From NCBI RefSeq assembly GCF_964194155.1, contig NC_135902.1, forward strand, positions 41,044,001 to 41,108,000: 64,000 nt of DNA. The letters are read 5' to 3'. A program made the translations under genes and the position numbers. Under the pieces are notes generated by a model that was not told the DNA's origin, did no database searches, and worked only from the letters and a program-made list of their open reading frames with translations. Of the stretch, positions 36,967 to 50,370 are shown piece after piece. Numbering within the stretch: position 1 is the stretch's first letter; each line of letters starts with the position of its first letter. This DNA comes from Cetorhinus maximus. Its lineage: Eukaryota.

Positions 36967-37504
36967 TCAAGTTGATGAATGTGTGGGACCTGCTTTGGGA
37001 CATGGAGTGAGAAGCAGGGGTTCCTTTTATTCATGTAACACAGTTTTGTGTCTCAGTTGAAGGGACACCGGTGGTAAGCAGATCTATTTTTCTTTCAACA
37101 AACGACCCAGGTTTGAGACTCAGAATGTTGACCAGTAATAACTATTAACCATTATATATCTCATTGTACTGAATGGGATCCAGTTTGACACTGGTGGACA
37201 TTGGGCAGGATGTGATTTCAGTAATTCAGGCAAAATTGGAAATGGTGGATATTTTCCAGCTCTTGGAAGCATTCATTCCCAGAATATACATGGCCTTCCC
37301 TGGCACTGTTCTATAGCAGCCTTCTCCTGACTGGTATTCCTGAACCTATGCCCTTTGTCGACTGCCAGTATTCATGCCAAACTTTTGTTTCCGGTAGGTT
37401 CAGAGTTGGCAGGTTAATCCCTTTTGTGAATCTCCATCATTCAAAGGGCAGATTTTCAAATTCCAAACCGCTGACAGCTCTGAGCAAGTCTGAACTTGCA
37501 GCTG

Positions 37505-37506
<2 letters not shown>

Positions 37507-37539
<33 letters not shown>

Positions 37540-37624
37540 TGTGTGTGTGTGTGTGGGTGTGTGTGTGTGGGTGTCAGTCTGTGTGTGTGTGTGGGTGTCG
37601 GTCTGTGTGTGTGTGTGGGTGTCG

Positions 37625-37667
<43 letters not shown>

Positions 37668-37752
37668 TGTGTGTGTGTGTGTGGGTGTGTGTGTGTGGGT
37701 GTCAGTCTGTGTGTGTGTGTGGGTGTCGGTCTGTGTGTGTGTGTGGGTGTCG

Positions 37753-37793
<41 letters not shown>

Positions 37794-38125
37794 TCGGTCT
37801 GTGTGTGTGTGTGGGTGTCGGTCTGTGTGTGTGTGTGGGTGTCGGTCTGTGTGTGTGTGTGGGTGTCGGTCTGTGTGTGTGTGTGGGTGTCGGTCTGTGT
37901 GTGTGTGGGTGTCGGTCTGTGTGTGTGTGGGTGTCGGTCTGTGTGTGTGTGGGTGTCGGTCTGTGTGTGTGTGGGTGTTGGTGTGTGTGGATGTTGGTGT
38001 TTGTGTGTGTCAGGGCATGTTGGTGTCGGGGTGTGTGGGTATGGGTGTTGCTGTGTGTGTGTGTGTGTCGGGGTGTGTAGGTATGGGTGGGTGTTGGTGT
38101 GTGTATGTGTATAGGTGTGTGTGTA
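37507..38125. repeat. Compound (GT)n / GGGTGTCGGTCT micro-minisatellite
   Basis: Read directly; it degenerates toward the right end. Confidence 0.95.
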
Positions 38126-39465
38126 CTGCAAGGGTTACAGCTTGAGTTTCTCCCTGCCTCCACTCACCTCTGCCAATACCTGTGACTTTGACCTGCCAAA
38201 TTCCAATTTGCACCCACAGAGACCTGTATATTGCAGAAGCCTGTCTTTCAAGAGTCCTCATCACCTTATTGAGATTTGCTGAATATTAAGTATGTTCTGT
38301 GGTTGAAGCATGCTTAGATAAACAATGTCTCAAATCACTCGGCCTCAAGACAAGCCAAATTTTGTCTGTCGGATCTGTTTCATCCTTCACCTTTTACTAA
38401 GCCGCTCTGGAATTACCCTGACTGGTTTTTTTTTCATTCTGCAATTGAAATTTTTCAAACAAATTAAATATTGTCCAAGTTTGATTGCTTAATGCCGCCT
38501 TTGTTTGCACAGTGCAGATTAATTCTCCGAGAACAAGGACATTTGTAGGCTGATCAAGGCCTTGATCGTGTCTGGGCTGGGTGCGGGGCAGGGGGAACAC
38601 ATTGGGTGATGGTTGCCTGACTTCCCTTGAAAGACTTAATACTTGAGTGAGAGAGCCTGTGAATTGGACAGAATTTTCCTCTCCTATATACATTTTTCAG
38701 GTTACATATTAAATGGAAAGCTTCTTATTTGTTCTACTGGTACTGCTCAAGGGTGAATAAAGAACAATTACCCTGATGATAGAACTCCATGCAAAGTAAT
38801 CAGTGTGCTTGTGTTAGTTGAACTTTATACAGTAGCCACATGTTAATACATTAGCCATACAACTATATTCTGCTATAGTTGTTTCAAGAGTATGAAAGTG
38901 ATAAGTCGTTTGGTGGAATCTAGAGGTGGAAATGTACTTATTGGACAGATGCATTTCACACACCGTTGACCAATTGGATCCAAGATTTGGTCCCTCGTTT
39001 CTGTTGAGTTAACTGCTCTTGGTGAGTGTGAATGCGATTTCGATCATGTTCCTGGCTGTAGCTGTCCAAAACAGCCAATGGGTTGCCCCCTGTGGAGTAA
39101 GAAAAGTGTGTGTGTACGCCAGATGAGAGTAGGATCAGGGTTTTGGTTGTGATTTGCACTTCTGTCCCGACTTGAACTTTGAATACCCTCCCAGCACACC
39201 CTGTCTAGGTCCACATGTGGAGAGGTGTTATTTGTGTGAAGGATTGGACGTCTGCCAAACAACTAGGGAACCATTCCCCTACCACAGTGAAGAGGCAGGG
39301 CAAGAATGAACCAGCACGGCTAAATGCTTATCCTATGGGTAATTCATTTTAAATGAAATGATGCACCTTCTTAAATTTAAACGCTATAGTAAATCTCTCA
39401 TAGTGTTGTACACAGCAAGTTGAAAAATGTGGTCTCACTTACCTGTCTTTACTATGTTTGTAATG

Positions 39466-39701
39466 CTCTCTCTCTCTCTCTCCCCCTCTCCCTCTCTAAT
39501 TCTGTCTCCTTAAATCTCTCTCTCTCTCCCCTTTAATTCTCTCTCTCTCTCTAATTCTCTCTCTCCTTTAATTCCCTCTCTCTCTCCCCTTTAATTCCTC
39601 TCTCTCTCTCTCTAATTCTCTCTCTCTCTCTCCTTTAATTCTCTCTCTCTCTTTCCTTTAATTCTTTCTCTCTCTCATTTTCTCTCTTTCTCCTCTCTCT
39701 C
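39466..39701. repeat. (CT)n tract punctuated by TAATT
   Basis: Nine TAATT/TAAAT interruptions between 39497 and 39663. Confidence 0.95.
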
Positions 39702-40819
39702 ACTGGAAATGGTGAGATGTGTTGGAAAAGAAGAACAATAATTGCTCTGAAGTTATGTGCAAAATGAGCTTGTATGTGTTCCACTGCACACTCAGTTCCC
39801 TTCCCTTCATACCACCATACTGCCACTCCCATTGCTCCTCTCACCCTCATCTCTTCCTGCTGACTCCCTACACCCATATCCCTACTTTGCTCACACTTGC
39901 CTCATTGTAATGCTTCACCCACTCCCACTCCCTGTTTTCCCAAGGATGAGTGATGAGATCCCTTTACCCTCAAGTTGTCTCTTGTACATTACTGGAGTGA
40001 AGCTTTAATAAAAGGAATTTCTGATTAGTTGGCAGACTGATTGTGGTTGTTTTGCTATAAAAAGTTGCCCGCCAGTTAGAATGAAGGATTAGAACTCCTG
40101 GAAATGTGCTTGGATCATGAATTCTATACAATAAAGGTGCATGGGATATGGCTTGAAATATTAGAATCCTGTGCGTGGGTTCAGGCATGTGTCTGAATCT
40201 GGGTGTGCTGTCTATTAAGTATCTTGAAGCCTGATGTTCCTTTTCCTGTAGCTTTCAAGATGTGGTTGATGTTTATTGCAAACCTATGCAACATTGATCT
40301 TCTCTTAAGCTCTAATGTTGAATAGTCATAGGTTGAATAAGACAGTTGTGCAGACAAGTCTTTAAACAGATGTTTTTGTCTACTTTGCTCTGATATTAAG
40401 ATTTAGGCCAGTTTCTGAAGATTCCTGTCCAAACAAGGTTGAGGAATACAGATGGCCTCCCTTAAGTATAGTAAAGAACATGCCCAGATGGGCAATTTGA
40501 AAGTGTTTTAAAAATTCCGTTCCTTGATTCTTATTTCTATAAAAATTCAACAAGGTTCACAGAAACTCAATGGTGAATTCTCATGACTAATGGTCAGCCA
40601 CTCAGGTGGGCAATAAGCTAATGGACATGACACTAGCGACTTCCAAATGGTGCTTGTTCCCAGTATTGAATATGGTGATAGACTGCAAGCCTACAATAAT
40701 TTACAAAAACTCATCATGTTGGTTGAATGGGTGATTATTATGATGGAACTTTCTACTTTCAAACCAGAAATTCTAAATCTAAAGACCTTACGTGAAGGGT
40801 TTGACAAATGTAATATTTT

Positions 40820-41170
40820 TTCTATTCACAGGATGTGGGCACTGCTGGCAAAGCCAGCATTTATTGTCCCTCCCCAATTGCCCTTAAGAAGGTGGTGGTG
40901 AGCCGCCCTCTTGAACTGCTACAGCCTGAAGGCTGTAGCTACACCCACAGCGCTGTCAGGGAGAGAGTTCTATGATTTTGACTCAACAGCAGTGAAGGAC
41001 TGACAACATAGTTCAGGGTCAGGATGGTGTGCAACTTGGGGGGGTGGTGGGGGAACTCTTGGAAGTGGTAGTGTTTCCATTGTGCCTTGTCCATCTCGGT
41101 GGCAAAGATCACAGGTTTGGGAGGAGCCTTCAAAGAAGTTTCGGTGTGTTGCTGTGATACATCTTGTAGA
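40820..41170 (-). mobile_element. CR1/L2-group LINE 3' end
   Basis: Reverse complement of 53172-53310 plus upstream ORF2-like sequence. Its tail is shared with the SINE at 6775. Confidence 0.75.
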
Positions 41171-44100
41171 ATTTTTTCATGTGATTAATATTTTTAGTCC
41201 TGGCTTTTCCTGGCAATTTGTGTGACATGAATTTATTTCATTCTACTGTGGCTACAAGAATGACAATTCAAACATTTTACTGTAGTGCGCACATTGCTGG
41301 TAAGCTCACAGCCCTAGACACCCATCACTCACCAGACTAAAATGTAAAGAATGTTTCTTTGTAAATGGCTGGAATGTATTTTAAAAATGAAATCGTTCTT
41401 GGCAAATATTTGAAAAAGATACAGAAATGTCACTAAGTGGGCAGGGCAGATGCTTGCACAGTCCCAACTCGAGCCTGAACCAAGCTAAGGTTTGGCATGA
41501 CTCTCTGTGGCCAAATTGAAATGGGGCCAGATTAAAGCTGTGGGCTACATTATGCCATCTTAAGCCCTCAGCCTCTCTGCTTACCCATGCATTCGTAGAA
41601 CTGTACCATCAACTAGATTTAAGTGTTTATGTGACTGGAGGTGCTGGGAGAATTTTGCTGACTTGTCTTTTAGCCAATTCCGCAGGTAAACTCCTTTTCA
41701 TGTTTGGTTTGCACAGTGCTCTCTTCCCACCACTAAATGTCACTAGTGTGTTTTGTAAATGAGGCAGAAGTTTTTTTTACAGTGAGAGATTGTTTACCCT
41801 GATATTCCACTGGAAGGGTTGGTGATAAATTCCGAAATTCAGTTAGAATAAGTGAATGGACTTGAAATTGCTGTCTCCTTTTTTTTAAAAAAAAAACTCA
41901 CTTTAACAAGTGTCTCAGATCCTGTGGATCAGAGAACCCTTGCCATCCTTTCCCTCTCTAAACTCTGTCGGGAATGCATCAGCCTACATAAGTAACTGCT
42001 TTTCAAAGTAATTCTGTTGCTGAGAGGTGTGATGAAGTGCTGTATAATGCAGATCTAGCTTGGAGAAAAGATTATAATCTTTGAACATAATTGGTATTTT
42101 TATATTCCAAAAAGCCAGTGGTGAAGGATAGAACTGGAGCCAATCTTTACACACTTTTATTAGCATTCATTTGCAGAGTTACATTACAAGCAGGCACCTC
42201 TTAACCGAGCAACCACATTTTCCGTCTGTGTCTATTTTATAGGGGTTCAAGTGAATTACCAGTTAATGCCCACCATCTTTATACAATTAAGCACAATTAA
42301 TAGGTGTTGCTAGTCTCCTGCAGCAAAGCTTTACTAGGCTCTTTCATTAACAATGGAAGATTTTATGACTTGCTATTTCTGGGTTAAACAGCACAAAGAC
42401 TTGCTCGAAGCTTCCTATATTGCTTCATAACAACTAATCTGCAGTTATACAGTCAGTGATGGTCCCTGGAAGCAGGCTCAATTTTACTCCGCTATATGAT
42501 AATAAAATCATGACAGTGGCAGCCAGTGACTGAAACTTCCTTTGCTATGCTCACCTTCGAGATATTTGACTGGGACCTGGGCTTGGGTGATTTTTCTTGC
42601 GTTTTCCTGAATTTGCTCAGCTCTCTGAATTTTGAAAGGGTTAAATCAATTATTGGGTAACGCAGAGAGGTAGCAGTCTAGATGCTTCCTGTCTGTTCAC
42701 TGAGCCCCACCCAAAAAAAGAAGTGACAAGATTATTGTATTTTATTATACATGCAAGGTTAGAACGCTCTTTGCAAGAGCCATAAGGAAGCATAATAAAT
42801 ATCCTACCGCCAACCTGGCCAATGAGGGAGCCATAAACAGTGCAGGTTTCCAAGCTTGCTGTCGGCTCGATTTAAATTGGTTCGAGTTGAAGTGAATGCG
42901 TTTATGATTTTTTTCTTCCCCCTGCTCTGGGGGATCTAGGTTTGCTTCCAACACCATCTGGATCAAATGGAAGTTGCCTGACTCTTACCCCACACCATCC
43001 AGCCCTTGTGTCTGCTCATGGTTGACCTACATGTGATGGGAACCTGCTGTACTGTGCTAAGGAAACCCCCTGTTCCCTTTTGCATATTCTTTCCCCAGGA
43101 TGCATAACTGAGGGGTCGTGTCTGAGTCTGCTTGAAGTGCCAGGGTTATCGGAGGCTGGACACTCTGCAGAGAGCTGCCTGCTGACTTGTTTAACATGGT
43201 TCTTGGCAGCAGCTCACTGAACCGGATAAGCAAGAGTCACTGCAAAGACATAGTGTGCAGAAATCAGGATATTTTTACTTTTGTAACTTGTGTAAAATAT
43301 GACATGGGAGAATTTTTTTTAGATATAAAAAGTGCTCCTTGCCACTCTCGGACCTTTGCTGGAGTTCTAAAGTGCTGGAGCTTCTCCTTTTGTTGGCCTC
43401 TTGTCCTGTCATTTGAGTCAAAAAGATGGAGCAGATAAACACTCAGACGGAAGTTTGGTTTCTGCTATTAAAGATTTGGAGTGTAGGCCACTCATCGAGT
43501 GAAGCTGAATGTTTTGGTATATTCTGCAGGTACACCTTCTTGAAACGTTTGTTCTCTACTGACAGCTTCTAAAGATTAATGTGTACAATGCCTGGGTTTG
43601 GCAGAGTGGCAAACACATTTTTGGAGACTGAGAGGACCTTGCTCAGTGCTTCATGTGAGCCGCTGCTTGCTGTAGTTATGACAACCAAGTTTACAGTGTT
43701 AATGGCACTGATTATGAGTTTCTCCATCCTCTCATCAGTTCCGAGACCATTTTATTAGAAGGCTCAAAGGTCTTCCCTAAGAAGGTTGACCAGACATAAT
43801 AGCAAGATAAAGAGGAAATTAAATTCTATAGGTGATTACTCAGTTCTGAAAGTGCATTTGGCTTTCTAAGCTTTGCCAAGTACCATTAAGAGATTGGATT
43901 CCATTATAAAAACTTCTGAGGAACTAACTGATAAATCACTTAATGGGCTGAGAATGCTGAAGCACTTCATTAATAAATGACTATAATTCCTGGTAGGACG
44001 CCAGCACAGAATACAGTGTATTTTGAGCATTTGAGGCTATAACTCAGTAACTCCAGGGAAAAGATGGTGTAATAAGCTTTCAGTCTGATTTGTATTTATG

Positions 44101-45061
44101 GATTTTAAAGATTTATTCAAAGTTCAGTGATTGGCACACTAAGGAGCCAGCGCTGCACTGTACAAGCTTCTATGTAACTTGCAGTATTGAATGAATTAAG
44201 GATTTCCGGTCCACAGGTTGTCACTTGGTTCTCTTTCTTTGTCCCAAGTATGACTCCTGTCTTTGGAGTGTATGTTGTAATGTTTCGGTTGTGCATCGAA
44301 ACCCAGATTAACTCAACTGTGGCCAATAACTTTCGCTGTAAAGCTCTCGCTGTGGGACCAAGTACATCTCCAGTTGCAATGACATTGAATGTTCCCTTCT
44401 GTTTGCTGTGTGATTGATGTTTAGACTGAACTTTCATCCGAAACTTGGGAGTTTCCTATGTGTGGAATCGTAGAAATTAAAACATTTAAAGAGCCTAAGG
44501 CCGGGGAAACCCTAGGTACCATAAATGTGAGTGCATTTCCGGAACTTCATCTGATGCTGAACTACATGCCTCTCATCTATTTCATTTTTTAAAAAAGCCC
44601 CTCTGATTTACATCTAATCTCTGAAAACCCGTTTCAGAAGAGAAATTCGGAGACATGAATTTACCTCTTTCTCTACTCCTTTCCTAAAGCTGGTAACTGG
44701 TAGGGACTGACCGTCCTGCTCCCTTGTACAAGTGGTCTTTTTCATATCTTGGTGGAGGTGAAGTGTGGTAGGAGGTTACACGGTTAGTGCTGGATCAGGT
44801 TTGGAGCTGGGTCCTGTTCTCCATTAACATTCAACTCTAGGCACATTCTCCTGCAAAGGCTTTTTGGTAACAATCCAGGCAGGAGCCCAGCCTCACTGCT
44901 GCTGTACTTTTTTTTTAAACTTCCCTTATTAGCTTATTTGATGATGCTGAAACTAATGGTCGCACCTCTCTTTGTCAGTCCGGTCGAGGTGCAGCCACTC
45001 TGCACAGGTTGGAGATCATCCGTGGGATCTTTCTTAGTGCGAATGTCTCAGTATCCTAGGA

Positions 45062-45146
45062 CAAAAAAAAAATACCTGGAAAAACTCAGCAGGTCTGGCA
45101 GCATCGGCGGAGAGGAACACAGTTGAGGTTTTTGTTTTTGTTTTTA
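45062..45146. mobile_element. Short Penelope-like insertion flanked by a 16-bp direct duplication
   Basis: CTGGAAAAACTCAGCAGGTCTGGCAGCATC matches 53011-53041. TCTCAGTATCCTAGGA occurs at 45046-45061 and 45147-45162. Confidence 0.75.
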
Positions 45147-47173
45147 TCTCAGTATCCTAGGAGGTGCACTCGCCCACAGAGTCATCAGCAGAGCCAAATG
45201 AATCAGCTGCAACTTTGTCTCCATGACAATTTGATTTGGCATTTTGAATAAAAATGGCTTTCAAAACATAACATTACAGCGGAACCACTTAGGCGTGAGA
45301 AACTTTTGCTGCCTGTCAAAAGAACAGCCCTAAAATGTTTTCAAATTTATTTATGGCACATTACATCACTGGGCAACAAGAGTTCCCTTTGTTATGAAAT
45401 AAATAGTAACAGGAATATTTAAATATAGGCGTATGTCAGCTCAGGAATTTTGCTCTCACCTTGAGATATGCGCTGACTGAAAGATTTCTACCAAGACTTT
45501 TTGTCTGTGTGACAATCTGGAGATGGTAATGAAATAGAAATTTCTTAGAGCTTACTAGACCAGAGAGGCTGCTCAGCTCCCGAGCACTGTGAATGTATTT
45601 GCTGCCTGGACTGGAATTGCAGTGTTGTTCATTACGCTCTGCAGTGTTGTCCTTTATGGTCTGAGCCTTTGCTCTTCTTTTGTTTTATGCAACGATCTCA
45701 CTCTCACCTCTCTGCATAGGACCCCATTAAAGTGAGTTTCACGTAGCTCAGCGAGTAGCCTAATCTGAGGCATTGATCCACAACACTCTAGGCGTGTTGT
45801 TCTGTGAAGAAACAAATAAAATCAGTAGGGTCACTGCACCTGATTGCTCAGTGGGTCAGTTCAGTATTTTTGTTAGGTGAGTCACCTGTTCTATTACTGA
45901 AAGTTTAGACCTTAAAATTGAAATTTCTTCTCTTCCCACTCATGTGTACTTAACACTAACCCACTAGTATTCCTCTTCTAAACAAACAAATAAGGAGACA
46001 TTGGCAGTATCATCATCTGGAAAAGGAGAACGCAGTGTCCATTGGTAGGCTTAAAGCCACAGTGTATGTTGTGCAACATCTTCCTTCACCCAATTCAAGT
46101 TTTCTGCTCAAAAGCAACACTAAAAATAACAATGAACGCTTAAAATTAGAATCAATCTGTAGAAATCAATATTAGGGTTGAACAGGATACTATCAACACC
46201 TCATGAAGTCCACAATAAGGCCAAGTTTAATATAACCCATGTACTAAACTTAATCCATGAATGGAATTGTTACATTGAAGACCCATTGCATGCAATCCTT
46301 AGTTTGATAGTGTGGGCAGTTCAGTAATCTAGAGTCATTTGACAATCTGGCATAAATTTCAAATTGGGTGGCGTGCATAACAATTGACCACAGATGAACT
46401 TTTACCTGCATGGATGCCTTAATAGGCTCAATGTATGTAGCGATCCCAGTTGAATTGAGATGTTTGATTCTCTGTTGGAGAAATGCAGAATAGAACACAG
46501 TATCTTAAGGATTGAGGTGTTTTGTCGTGTGTTTGGGGTCTAGACTGAGTTCTTTGGGGCTTGCCTATTCTCCTAAAGTAAGCTGCTTGAGACTGTGGCT
46601 CATTAAAACTATTACTCTTTATTTACAGCTACTATATACATATTGGAACCTCTGCACGAGGTTGGAGGTTGCTCCCTCCAGATCTCTGTTTTCCAGTCAT
46701 GTGGTGTTACATCAGCATCTTGTGCTTCTGATGTTAACCCTTTACATGAGGGTGAATTAAATTTATTTCCAAACCACCAGGAAAGTAACTGCTTATGAAA
46801 ATCAAACTCACATAGTCATAACACAGCTGTGTTTAGGATTAAATGTCGGGGCAGTTGCAATCATTTCACTGTGCTGTTGATATCTATAAGTTCTGATTCT
46901 GCTAAACTAATTCCATGACTTGTTTCAAAAACTAGGAATGTTATCTTGTCCATAACTACCAATTGTCTCCTTCACAAAAGTATGATTTTCCCCTTGTCCT
47001 CATCAACTGTGCACTGTGAAAACAATGTGAATACTTTCATCATCGGGAATGGATCTTCCCTGTGATGGCTCATTTTATTTGTAAAAAATCTTTTGCATGA
47101 TTCTTAACCTTGTAGTTGGTTGATTTATAGTGATGCAGGATGTATGGATGGGTGTGTCTGTGCACATGTGATG

Positions 47174-47615
47174 ACAACAACAACTTGCATTTATGTAGCA
47201 CCTTTTAACATGGTAAAATGCCTCAAGACCCTTCACAGCAGCCTTTATCATCAAAATTTGACACTAAACGACATAAGGAGATATTAGGACAGGTGCCCAT
47301 AAGAGGTAGGTTATATGTATCATCTTAAAGGAGAAGGGAAAGGTTTAGGGAGGATATTCCAGAGCTTAAGCCAATGGTGGACTGTTGGAAGTCAGGGATG
47401 CGCAAGAGGCCATAGTTCAGGGAATGTGGAGTTCTTGCAGGGTTGTAGAGCTGGAACAGGTATGTAGGGGTAATGAGGTCGTGAGGGATTTGAACTTGGG
47501 GATAAGAATTTTAAAATTGAAGCATTGTTGGACCGGGAGCCCGTGTGGGTCAGTGAGGTGGATGAATGGGACTTAGTGCAAGTTAGAATATAAAGTTTTG
47601 GAAAAAGTGAGGTTT
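47174..47615 (-). mobile_element. L2-type LINE 3' end
   Basis: ACAACAACAACTTGCATTTATGTAGCACCTTTTAAC is the reverse of the L2 tail, and the body is a reverse match to 35906-36250. Confidence 0.75.
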
Positions 47616-49904
47616 ATGGAATTAGAAAATACGTTGCCTTTGTAATCACTTATTACTGTTCTATTATTGAGGTGAGATATTTGGGCTGCAACATAGGAAA
47701 ATCGTGATGGGCCTGACCTATGGAGCTATAAAAATTTACAACACAGAGGATGATTCAGCCCATGTCTTTCCCACCACCTTACTAGAGCAATCCAAAACAA
47801 ATCCCATTGATTTACTCTCCCACCATAACCTTGTATCCTCCTAGTGAAACGTTTGTCTCCATTTCCCTGAATGAAGGTGGTGTCTGGCTTAACCACTGCT
47901 TGCTGCAGAGTGTTTCATGCTGTAACAACTCTGCATTTCTTTGAACCCTTTTCCTCATTCTGTTGGATTGATGAGCCACCTTCACTGCCTCCCACTCAGA
48001 TGATGACATTACATGAAGGTACTTGCCTGCATTCCGTGACCATTTTCTTCCTCCTTTTAACTACCTTCATTTCTCATTAAAATGTTTCTAAATTGTATTT
48101 GGATTCTGACACAAGGCAGAAAATGCAATGAATGAGTTTTTTTAATCACAAGCGGAATGGTAAAGTTATAATCGGTCAATCTAAACAGGGGATTAATAGT
48201 TTCTATGGAAACTGGACAAATACAGTAGAAAACAGCACCACTGATTTTGATCAGGAATGTCATGAGCCATATAGCATGTGTAATATTTTAATTTTCACTG
48301 TTGTCAAACGTGCTTGAAGAATTGCAAGAATATCTGTGATGGCCAAGTAGTCAAAGGGAATCAATTCATGACTTACCGATGTGATTGGCAGACTGGCTGG
48401 TACAGGCTTCCACAAGGGTTTGGCGCTTTAAGCCTCTGAATAATCTTCATACTTCTCTTTTTCAATATGCGATTCCACTTTGAAATTTTAAATTGGTAAA
48501 AGACACTAGCTCCTTTCTTTAGCAGGGTTGATTAAGGCAGGACAGCTCCCAGTCCCAGGTCCAAAAGTGGAAGTTGTGTATTCCACATCAGTTAGAATAA
48601 AAATTCATCAAATTTGTGAATAAAACATCCTAGATTTTGAAGTTGTATCTTATCCTGAACCAGTCAGATGTGTTACATATACAGTAATTTGAAATTTCTC
48701 TGGGGGTTAGAGCGTGAGGAATAAAAATTTTGAGAGATGGAAATTTGGCTAGGGGTGATGCTTGAGATCGAGGCCTGAACCAAAGTGTGATGAACAAGTA
48801 TACTTCCACAGTACTGACTAATCTCGACATCCCCACAATGAAATGAGCAATGCATGTAGATCCACCAATTAAAATGTAACAGAGAAACCTTTCGCTCTTG
48901 CTGTGGCTCACCAATGGCAATAGGCCAGGGACCACGATAATGAGACACTGGTGCAAAATCACACCCGAGACTTGCACAGCTTTAAAATATGAATCAATTG
49001 GCAGCACTTAAATCATCATTCACAGAAGGACTTTGGTCAGCAGGATTTCTTCTTAAGAATATATGCTGCGGAAAGACAAACAATTCCAGCTCTGAGTGTA
49101 AATATATGGCGATGTATAGCCGCGCACTTGCAAAGGTTCCTTAATTGATTTTAAAGTAATTTTTGAAAAATTCTCTGCAACTTCACTGAAATACTTGCTG
49201 TATCAGTAGCTAGGGGATTAGATTGTAGGGCCTTTATGTTCAGGAGCTATGGGAGTGTAGTGTGACTTTCTGTACTCTATTCCTATGCAGAACAGGTAGC
49301 TGGAAAGTGAGAACTCTGAAACTGGAGGCTTCAACAAGCAGACAGTCAGGCCTCCCTGACGCCTATGAGTTAAAAGGGGATTATTTTGTTAAACTTCTGC
49401 AAACTAGGATTTGGCCCATTTTCTCCCATCTGTTGACACAGTCTCCGCTATTGCTGTATTTTGAAAGAAAAAAAATGTTTATTTCAGAAATGCGCCAATG
49501 TCAGTGTGTGTACTGTACCTGCCTACTGGTAGCAAGCCCGCATGGAAAGAAATTATGGGAGAACGTGAGGGCTATCGTCAACCTGAAAATAGCCACTAAG
49601 TGTTTTGAGAGCCAAAAATAAACTTTTATTGGTGCAGTTCTGAAGCCAGGTGAGTGCTTGCTTAAGCACTAGTGTTAACACACACTTGCATCAACAACTA
49701 GGCCTCCCAAACTCCTCGAGCTCCACTCCAGAGGTGGGTTGGGCCTGGACTCTTGATTTATGCTGCAAAATGTATTTGCAAGGCTCCAAGTCATAAAATA
49801 GGAAAGACCATGAATTGGGTGTATGATCATCCACCCCAGGTTCTCCAATCCATGCTGCGTCTGAGCAAGATTCCGTGCCGAGAATGGGGCCTCGCACTTA
49901 ACTG

Positions 49905-50370
49905 TGGTTTTTCTTCTTGCAGCTTCTCCCATTTTACTTGGGGTCACCACAATGCTGGGATCGCCATCTCCATCACCTCCCGTCAGGCACCAATTCCTCT
50001 TCAATTCCGCATCCCTCTATCTGGTCTTAGACCTTCCTCCTCTCCTTCTTCCTGGCAGTTCCATCTCCATCACTCGCCTCACTACACCACATTTCTCGCC
50101 ATAACAGGTGACCATACCATTTCAATCTCTTAGCTACTTTCTTCGATGCTCCCACAATCTTCACTGACCCTCTGATGTACTGGTTCCTGATCTTGTTCTT
50201 TCTCTTTTCCCCATACACCCACCTCAGCGTCCATATCTCATTTGTATCCATTCGTTGTTCTTGATGTTGCCCAGGTTTCTGCACTATATAACATGGCCAG
50301 TCTCTCAGTTTCTTGTAGATTCTTCCTTCCAGTCCCAGCGACATTTTTCTATCACTAACACCCACTGCAT
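49905..50370 (-). mobile_element. RTE-clade LINE 3' fragment
   Basis: ORF 50027-50365 carries GVSDRKM..LEGRIYK, LRWVYG.KRKNKIRNQYIRG and RLKWYGHLL, typical of the RTE ORF C-terminus. The 3' end reads GACCCC...GGGAGAAGCTGCAAGAAGAA. Confidence 0.85.

Noticed and set aside
37348-38163. Long ORFs of 153-265 aa (CV- and HT-rich)
   Set aside because: They are translations of the GT microsatellite and are open in many frames.
39466-39701. Regularly interspaced motif as a possible CRISPR-like array
   Set aside because: The repeats are only 5-9 bp, the spacers are (CT)n, the context is eukaryotic and there are no cas genes.
48787-48830. GTGATGA...CTGA resembling C/D snoRNA boxes
   Set aside because: The boxes are only about 20 nt apart and there is no terminal stem.
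49635-49646. Possible 12-nt microexon (TGCAG|TTCTGAAGCCAG|GTGAGT)
   Set aside because: The polypyrimidine tract is weak and there is no supporting context; it cannot be told from chance.
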